Source: Nitrosococcus oceani ATCC 19707 (lineage in GTDB: Bacteria > Pseudomonadota > Gammaproteobacteria > Nitrosococcales > Nitrosococcaceae). From it: a DNA stretch of 32,000 nt. Shown in pieces: positions 26,119-32,000 of this stretch (positions within the stretch are counted from its first letter, which is position 1; every line of letters begins with the position of its first letter). The position numbers and the translations under genes were made by a program. The DNA is taken from assembly GCF_000012805.1 (NCBI RefSeq), contig NC_007484.1, forward strand, positions 840,001 to 872,000, written 5' to 3'. The notes beneath the pieces are model-generated. The model was not told the origin of the DNA, did not search any database, and saw only the letters and a list, made by a program, of their open reading frames with translations.

Positions 26119-27217
26119 ATGCTGGAACAAGGTGCCGTATTGCAGCGGGCGAGTGATCTCAAAGGGCGTCTGGAAGCCCTGAGGGGGTATCTTTGACTTC
26201 GCGGCAAAGCAAGAACGGTTAGTGGAGGTTGACCGGGAGTTAGCCGTTCCTTCTGTTTGGGACGAACCGGAGCGGGCGCAACAGCTAGGTCAAGAGCGCG
26301 CGCAATTGCAGTCGGTGGTAGCTCCATTGGCGGAATTGGGCGGGGAAATCATCCAGGTTAGGGAATTGTTTGAGCTCGCCATGGAAGAAGGCGATGAAGA
26401 CACTGCCCAGGAAATAATCGCTGAACTAGACGTTGTGGAACAACGTTTAGCAAAGTTGGAATTCCAGCGCATGTTTGCCGGTGAAATGGACCCTAACAAT
26501 GCCTATCTAGATATTCAAGCCGGCTCTGGCGGGACCGAAGCCCAGGATTGGGCTAATATGCTGCTAAGAATGTATTTGCGCTGGGGAGAAAAGCATAGCT
26601 TTAAAACGGAGCTGACCGAAGTCTCTGAAGGGGAGGTTGCCGGGATCAAGAGTGCCGCTATTCGTTTCGAGGGAGAATACGCTTTTGGTTGGTTGCGGAC
26701 TGAAACCGGGGTCCACCGGCTAGTGCGTAAATCACCTTTTGATTCGGGTAACCGCCGGCATACTTCTTTTGCCTCGGTATTCGTCTATCCAGAAGTGGAT
26801 GAAAGGATAGATATTGAGATCAACCCAGCAGATTTGCGTATTGATACCTACCGGGCCAGCGGCGCAGGTGGACAGCATGTTAATCGGACCGACTCGGCGG
26901 TGAGAATTACCCACTTGCCTTCCAGTCTGGTGGTCCAGTGTCAAAGCGAGCGGTCCCAACATCAGAATAAGGCCCACGCTATGGCCCAGCTTCGCGCCAA
27001 GCTCTATGAGTTGGAGATGCGCAACCGCCAAGCCGAGAAACAGGCGGCGGAGGAGGCCAAGGCGGATATTGGCTGGGGAAGCCAGATTCGCAACTATGTA
27101 TTGGATCAGTCCCGGATCAAGGATTTGCGCACGGGAATTGAAGTAGGGAATACTCAAGGGGTATTGGATGGTGATTTGGACTCATTTATCGAGGCAAGCC
27201 TCAAAAGTGGGTTTTAG
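26119..27217 (+). CDS. prfB: peptide chain release factor 2, requiring a programmed +1 frameshift (join 26119..26193, 26195..27217)
   Basis: Frame 0 gives 25 codons, [25 protein letters not shown], then TGA. The +1 frame continues [12 protein letters not shown]... into the 331-aa track ORF, which carries the SPF and GGQ motifs. GAGG SD 9 nt before the ATG at 26119. Confidence 0.95.
26182..26197 (+). promoter_or_regulatory. RF2 autoregulatory +1 frameshift site
   Basis: AGGGGG-TAT-CTT-TGA-C: an internal SD-like element, a slippery CTT, and the weak stop context UGAC. As I recall it, this is identical to the E. coli prfB cassette. Confidence 0.9.
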
Positions 27218-27341
27218 CTTGTTTAGGTCTACCTTCTTTAGCGGAATATCGAGCCGGATTAAAGCAAGAAGAGGGTACGATATTTTGCTGCTTTCTCCGA
27301 TGTGGCTGTGGGGGCAGGCCGGTAAATTTCTGGCTTGAGTA

Positions 27342-28082
27342 ATGAGAGTTGTCCTCCAGCCGGCCTATGTACTTCATTCGCGTCCTTATCGGGAAACTAG
27401 CGCCTTGGTAGAGGTTTTCACCCCGGAGTATGGGCGGGTAGGGCTGGTTGCCAAGGGGGTGAAACGGCAGCGTACCCATCGCTTCAGCCTGTTGCAGCCG
27501 TTTTGTCCCTTGTTGCTTTCCTGGACGGGCCGGGGTGATTTAGTCACTTTAACGGGAGCGGAAGCAGCGGGTCCGATACCTGTTCTTACTGGGGAAGGGT
27601 TGATCTGCGCTTTTTACCTGAACGAATTGTTATTGCGTCTTCTGCCACGCCGCGATCCTTTGGAAGCTCTGTTCTCGGTTTATGCCCATTCGCTACCGTC
27701 ATTAATCCATGCCCAGCAACGGCAGCAGATTTTACGCTTGTTCGAACGGGATTTGCTGGCCTATTTGGGGTATGGGTTAATATTAAAATACGAGGCCGGT
27801 ACCTCCCGACCGATAGAAGCAGGGCAATGGTATAGTTATCAACTGGAGAAGGGTCCTGTGCGTCTCTTGTCAGAAGACTTAGAGGGGATGAAGGTTAGGG
27901 GGCATACCTTGCAGGCTTTGGCCCGGGGAGCTTTGGCTGACCCGGCGAGTTTGGGTGAGGCCAAGCGCCTGCTACGGTGGTTGCTTGCCTTTCATCTCGG
28001 GGATAAGCCTTTGAAAAGCCGGGGCTTGTTGGAGGAGTTACGGCGATTGGGGAATGTAAGCAGAAAAGAAGAGCGCCCATGA
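27342..28082 (+). CDS. recO: DNA repair protein RecO
   Basis: 246 aa. N-terminal OB-fold pattern [29 protein letters not shown]. recO-pdxJ-acpS synteny. Confidence 0.9.
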   Translation: MRVVLQPAYVLHSRPYRETSALVEVFTPEYGRVGLVAKGVKRQRTHRFSLLQPFCPLLLSWTGRGDLVTLTGAEAAGPIPVLTGEGLICAFYLNELLLRLLPRRDPLEALFSVYAHSLPSLIHAQQRQQILRLFERDLLAYLGYGLILKYEAGTSRPIEAGQWYSYQLEKGPVRLLSEDLEGMKVRGHTLQALARGALADPASLGEAKRLLRWLLAFHLGDKPLKSRGLLEELRRLGNVSRKEERP

Positions 28083-28819
28083 TTGCAAGTCACGCTATTT
28101 TACTGGGAGTTAATATTGACCACGTGGCCACCCTGCGCCAGGCGCGGGGAACCCGCTATCCCGATCCCATCCAGGCCGCCATTGAAGCCGAGCAGGCCGG
28201 GGCGGATGGCATTACCCTCCATTTACGGGAAGATCGCCGCCATATTCAGGAGCGGGATGTAGCTTTGCTAAGGGACGTTTTAGTCAGCAAGATGAATCTG
28301 GAGATGGCGGTAACCGGGGAGATGTTAGCCATTGCCGAGAAATATTGCCCGGAAGACTGCTGCTTGGTGCCGGAGCGGCGGGAGGAATTAACTACGGAGG
28401 GAGGGTTGAATGTGACCGGCCAGTTAGCGCGGATTACCGAAGCCTGCGTCCGTCTAAAGGAGGCGGGAACCCGAGTCTCTTTGTTTATTGATGCCGATCC
28501 TCGTCAAGTGGAGGCCGCGGCCCAAGCTAACGCTCCCGTCATTGAGATTCATACTGGACATTTTGCCGATGCCAGGGATGAGCGGAACCGGCGGAAAGAA
28601 TTCCAGCGGATTGTCGAGGCGGTGAAAAGGGGGCGGGAAGTTGGTCTCCAGGTTAATGCTGGGCACGGACTGAACTATCAGAATGTAGCGGCGATTGCGG
28701 CGCTTTCTGATATTGTCGAACTCAATATTGGCCATGCCATTATAGCTCGCGCTTTGTTTACAGGAATGCAATCCGCCGTCGGGGAAATGAAACGTCTAAT
28801 GAGAGAGGCTCGGGAGTGA
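28079..28819 (+). CDS. pdxJ: pyridoxine 5'-phosphate synthase
   Basis: 246 aa. [43 protein letters not shown] overlap with recO. Confidence 0.95.
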   Translation: MIASHAILLGVNIDHVATLRQARGTRYPDPIQAAIEAEQAGADGITLHLREDRRHIQERDVALLRDVLVSKMNLEMAVTGEMLAIAEKYCPEDCCLVPERREELTTEGGLNVTGQLARITEACVRLKEAGTRVSLFIDADPRQVEAAAQANAPVIEIHTGHFADARDERNRRKEFQRIVEAVKRGREVGLQVNAGHGLNYQNVAAIAALSDIVELNIGHAIIARALFTGMQSAVGEMKRLMREARE

Positions 28820-29280
28820 TTGTGGGGATCGGCACTGATATTGTTCAGGTCTCTCGGATGACCGCACTGCTTGGGCGGTATGGGGAGCGGTTTCCCCGGC
28901 GTATTCTTACCGGGGATGAGTTCAAGAAGTTTTCTGTCAGTAAGCAACCTGCGTATTTTCTGGCCAAGCGGTTTGCCGCTAAGGAAGCTGCTGCCAAGGC
29001 ATTAGGCACCGGCTTTGGCAGCGGCTTACGCCCCTGCCATATTGGGGTGGGTCATACTGAACGAGGACAACCTTTCTTAGAATGGCAAGGTCGGGCAAAT
29101 GAGCTGGTCCGGATCTTAGGCGTTAGTCGAGGGCTGCTCAGTCTGGCAGATGAAAAAGAGTATGCATTGGCTTTTGTCACGTTACTGGCAGAAAGAGAGG
29201 GCGCCAAGCCGGGCTTAAGTTTGGAAAGAGCGCTAAATTCACTCAAACTATCGGGTAATGGTAATGGGGTCACGGATTAG
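28816..29280 (+). CDS. acpS: holo-[acyl-carrier-protein] synthase (4'-phosphopantetheinyl transferase) with a ~28-aa C-terminal extension
   Basis: [11 protein letters not shown]-terminus and [14 protein letters not shown] motif. 4-nt overlap with pdxJ. Confidence 0.9.
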   Translation: MIVGIGTDIVQVSRMTALLGRYGERFPRRILTGDEFKKFSVSKQPAYFLAKRFAAKEAAAKALGTGFGSGLRPCHIGVGHTERGQPFLEWQGRANELVRILGVSRGLLSLADEKEYALAFVTLLAEREGAKPGLSLERALNSLKLSGNGNGVTD

Positions 29281-29360
29281 AGGAATACGACTGAGCGGTC
29301 ATCACCCCCTTCGCTGTTTCTTCCGGTGCGGCAGCGGAGGTAGCTGCCGATTAATGGGGA

Positions 29361-30266
29361 ATGTCTATGATTAGGATGGATTATCCTACTATTGAAGATT
29401 TTGTGGGGCATACTCCTTTAGTACAGCTTCAGCATCTGCCAGGTGAGACTAGCAATACCCTGTTAGTGAAACTGGAAGGCCATAATCCTGCGGGCTCGGT
29501 GAAGGATCGGCCGGCGCTCAGTATGATTCAGTATGCGGAAGAACGGGGGGAAATTAAGCCGGGTGATACCCTGGTGGAAGCGACCAGTGGTAACACTGGC
29601 ATTGCCTTGGCTATGATTGCCGCTATCAAGGGTTACCGGATGGTGTTGGTAATGCCCGAGAATATGAGTGTAGAGCGGCGGGCGGTCATGAAAGCCTTTG
29701 GGGCCGAGATCATTTTGGTAACCTCCCAAGAGGGAATGGAAGGGGCTCGTGACCTGGCTTTAGAGATGGAGGCTGAGGGCAAGGGCCGGGTGCTGGATCA
29801 GTTTGCTAATCCTGATAATCCCCGCGCCCATTATGAGGGAACGGGTCCCGAGATTTGGCGGGATACCCGTGGCAGCGTTACCCATTTTGTCAGTTCTATG
29901 GGCACTACCGGCACGATTGTAGGCGTCTCCCGCTATTTCAAGGCGCAAAATCCAGCCATTAAAATTATTGGCGTCCAGCCCCTGGAAGGTGCCAGCATTC
30001 CCGGAATTCGCCGTTGGCCAGAAGCCTATCTGCCCAAGATCTACGATCCGGCGGCCGTAGATCAAATTATTGACGTGTCGCAAGGGGAGGCGGAGGAGAC
30101 GACTCGGCAACTCGCTGCCCGGGAAGGGATTTTTGCCGGTATCTCTTCCGGGGGCGCGGTTGCGGCAGCGCTGCGATTAGCCAAGAAGGTCAAACATAGC
30201 ACGATTGTGGTGATCATTTGTGATCGAGGCGATCGATATCTTTCCACCCCTGTTTTCCCCGCCTAA
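29361..30266 (+). CDS. cysM: cysteine synthase B (PLP-dependent O-acetylserine sulfhydrylase)
   Basis: It is nearly collinear with my memory of E. coli CysM. Shared segments: NPAGSVKDRPALSMI, EATSGNTGIALAM, FVSSMGTTGTI, GIRRWP, ICDRGDRYLST. Confidence 0.93.
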   Translation: MSMIRMDYPTIEDFVGHTPLVQLQHLPGETSNTLLVKLEGHNPAGSVKDRPALSMIQYAEERGEIKPGDTLVEATSGNTGIALAMIAAIKGYRMVLVMPENMSVERRAVMKAFGAEIILVTSQEGMEGARDLALEMEAEGKGRVLDQFANPDNPRAHYEGTGPEIWRDTRGSVTHFVSSMGTTGTIVGVSRYFKAQNPAIKIIGVQPLEGASIPGIRRWPEAYLPKIYDPAAVDQIIDVSQGEAEETTRQLAAREGIFAGISSGGAVAAALRLAKKVKHSTIVVIICDRGDRYLSTPVFPA

Positions 30267-30322
30267 AGAGAGCCGTTGGCGTTTTTCCGAATTTTGCTAA
30301 GGTAGCTGCTTCCGCGAGGTGC

Positions 30323-32000
30323 TTGAGGCGTCCCGCCAGTGCTCGCTGGTGGCTGTTATTGAGCCTGGGTGTGTTCTTTGTATCGGACGTGCGTCCGGTT
30401 GATAAATATACTCTCCACCTTGGGGATCTAGGCGGCTCCGGCTGGCGGGCGGAACAGGTAGCCCTTGATTTTCAGTTCCAAACCGCCAATCGGGGTTCGG
30501 CTCAGCTTCATATCGCCCGCTTGCTACTCCCTTCCCCTTTTAAGCGCTTGCAGCAAGTGGTTATCCACTGCGAATATATTGAATTGCTCTCCTCTCATTT
30601 GCGGTGTGCGGAGGGGACCGTGAATTTCACCTATGAAGGCTTTTTTGTACGTAGCAGTCTCTTCAGTTTTAGCTATCATTTAGAGACTCAAGCGCTTTCT
30701 TTCGAGCTTAAATCATTGGGCTTGGTTGGCGGGTCTGGGACTATTGCAGGGCATTTTGAAGATGCGCGCTGGCAATTATCCATTTCTGGAAAGTCTCTCA
30801 AGCTAGCCTCTTTTCTTGAGCTAATAGCTTCTTTGGGCCTGCAATCAGCCATTTGGCCCTCGGAATTCTCCTTCCAGGGCGTGCTGGGGATAGAGGCAAA
30901 ATTAGCAGGGCAAGGCCAATTTCTGCGTACTGTCTGCCTTGGACTTCAGCTCGATGGAATAGGCTTCTCCGATACAAGCGCTCTCCAGGTGGGTGAGGCG
31001 GTAGCCGGCAAACTTCAGCTCAAGGGGCAAAATACCCACAAGGGTTGGGAGATGACTGGAGAGATGAAATTAAATGGAGGAGAAGCCTATTTCCATCCGT
31101 TATATTTCGCATTTTCCGAAACCCCTTTTCATGCCCAGTTAGAATTAGAGCCAGGGAAGGCCAAGGGGGATTGGAAAATTCCCCACTTCAGTCTGAAGCA
31201 AACTGGGGTTATGGCGCTTACGGGGGCGCTCCAGTGGACCCGGCAAGGAATAACCGAAGCGCAGGCCCAACTGGCGCAAGCCCGAGTGCCCGCCTTGTAT
31301 CGGCATTGGTTGAAACCTTTTTTGGCGGGGACGGCCTTGGGGAATTTAACAAGTGGCGGAAAGGTTACCCTTGCTTGGAGATATCGTTCTCCTGGCCAGT
31401 GGGAACTCAAGGGATTCTTTGATGAGGTAGATATTGCTGACCAGCAAGGACGATTTAGCCTTGCAGGCCTTGGGGGGCAATTCGGTTGGAGCACTCATGC
31501 TACTCCCTTAATGATGGATCTCAGTTGGCAAGGGGGGCGTATTTATGCCTTGAATTTGGGGGCGGCGCACTTCCTTGCCGAGAGTAAAAATAATGGCTTG
31601 GGGCTTCGTCAACCGTTGCGGCTACCTGTACTCGATGGGCAGTTGCTTATTAATGATTTTGTTCTAAAAGATCCAGGAACCTCCGTAGCTCATTGGGGGC
31701 TGGAAGGGGCGTTAAGTCCTCTTTCCATGGAAAGGCTCAGTCAGGCCCTGGGTTGGCCCGCCTTGGCTGGGAAATTATCCGGGGTTATCCCTCGGGTCCG
31801 GTATCGGGAAGGCGTTGTGGAAGTTGGCGGTGCTTTGCTGGTACGGCTATTCGATGGCACACTGGTTATCCAGAACCTGCGCTTAGAAGACCCCTTAGGG
31901 ATAATTCCACGGCTTGAGGCGGACATTGATATTAACCGCCTGGACTTGGAAACCATGACCCGTACTTTTGCCTTTGGTAAAATCGAAGGCCAGCTCAGTG
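30323..32000 (+). CDS. large envelope protein, N-terminal ~559 codons (continues beyond the window); tentatively AsmA/YdbH-like
   Basis: Not in the ORF track because it is open at the window edge. The frame is stop-free from the TTG at 30323 to 32000. It opens (M)RRPASARWWLLLSLGVFFVS (signal anchor) and continues as a beta-rich sequence. The late segment reads GKLSGVIPRVRYREGVVEVGGALLVRLFDGTLVIQNLRLEDP...INRLDLETMTRTFAFGKIEGQLS. The start codon is uncertain. Confidence 0.7.
   Translation, partial: MRRPASARWWLLLSLGVFFVSDVRPVDKYTLHLGDLGGSGWRAEQVALDFQFQTANRGSAQLHIARLLLPSPFKRLQQVVIHCEYIELLSSHLRCAEGTVNFTYEGFFVRSSLFSFSYHLETQALSFELKSLGLVGGSGTIAGHFEDARWQLSISGKSLKLASFLELIASLGLQSAIWPSEFSFQGVLGIEAKLAGQGQFLRTVCLGLQLDGIGFSDTSALQVGEAVAGKLQLKGQNTHKGWEMTGEMKLNGGEAYFHPLYFAFSETPFHAQLELEPGKAKGDWKIPHFSLKQTGVMALTGALQWTRQGITEAQAQLAQARVPALYRHWLKPFLAGTALGNLTSGGKVTLAWRYRSPGQWELKGFFDEVDIADQQGRFSLAGLGGQFGWSTHATPLMMDLSWQGGRIYALNLGAAHFLAESKNNGLGLRQPLRLPVLDGQLLINDFVLKDPGTSVAHWGLEGALSPLSMERLSQALGWPALAGKLSGVIPRVRYREGVVEVGGALLVRLFDGTLVIQNLRLEDPLGIIPRLEADIDINRLDLETMTRTFAFGKIEGQLS

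Noticed and set aside
29338-30309. A 10-bp direct repeat, AGGTAGCTGC, on both sides of cysM (29338-29347 and 30300-30309), which could be taken for insertion-target duplications.
   Set aside because: A 10-mer repeat is expected by chance many times in 32 kb. There is no integrase, transposase or inverted terminal repeat, and cysM is a core gene with native-looking composition.
1-32000. A scan for CRISPR arrays, tRNA or rRNA genes, IS elements, integrases, toxin-antitoxin pairs and classic defence genes.
   Set aside because: No regularly spaced repeats were seen, and no tRNA-like T-arm consensus in any spacer. No ORF product resembles a transposase, a recombinase or a nuclease/ATPase defence protein.

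Overview
This looks like a chromosomal segment of a gammaproteobacterium. The evidence is an E. coli-like CysM, surE-pcm-nlpD and recO-pdxJ-acpS synteny, and an RF2 frameshift cassette identical to the enterobacterial one. I cannot name the organism from sequence alone.

Most of the window is housekeeping:
- ppc (partial) and glgA on the minus strand, divergent from zwf.
- rfbBACD (dTDP-rhamnose).
- surE-pcm-yqaA-nlpD.
- prfB with its +1 frameshift.
- recO-pdxJ-acpS and cysM.
- A large envelope-protein ORF that runs off the 3' edge.

Two adjacent accessory blocks stand out.

(1) 8335-15726, minus strand. This is a tightly coupled operon: FN3-like membrane protein, M20 carbamoylase-type amidase, isochorismatase-family hydrolase, Na+/solute symporter, an untracked 40-aa membrane micro-ORF, a divergent aspartate-carbamoyltransferase-fold protein, and a 670-aa glutamine-dependent AsnB-like amidotransferase. 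The combined chemistry is carbamoyl transfer, ATP-dependent carboxylate amidation, amide and ureide hydrolysis, and uptake. I do not recognise this as a described pathway, and it is my top candidate for a new system. It could make and recycle a carbamoylated, amidated amino-acid solute, or it could salvage ureide nitrogen.

(2) 15840-22694. This holds a QseE/QseG/QseF (GlrK/GlrR)-style sensor kinase, lipoprotein and sigma-54 response regulator. They are followed by an AT-rich spacer with a near-perfect sigma-54 promoter and repeated TTTACAA half-sites, which would drive a PEP-CTERM protein gene. That gene is convergent with a secreted S8 subtilase and shares a perfect palindromic terminator with it.

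I saw no rRNA, tRNA, CRISPR array or transposase.
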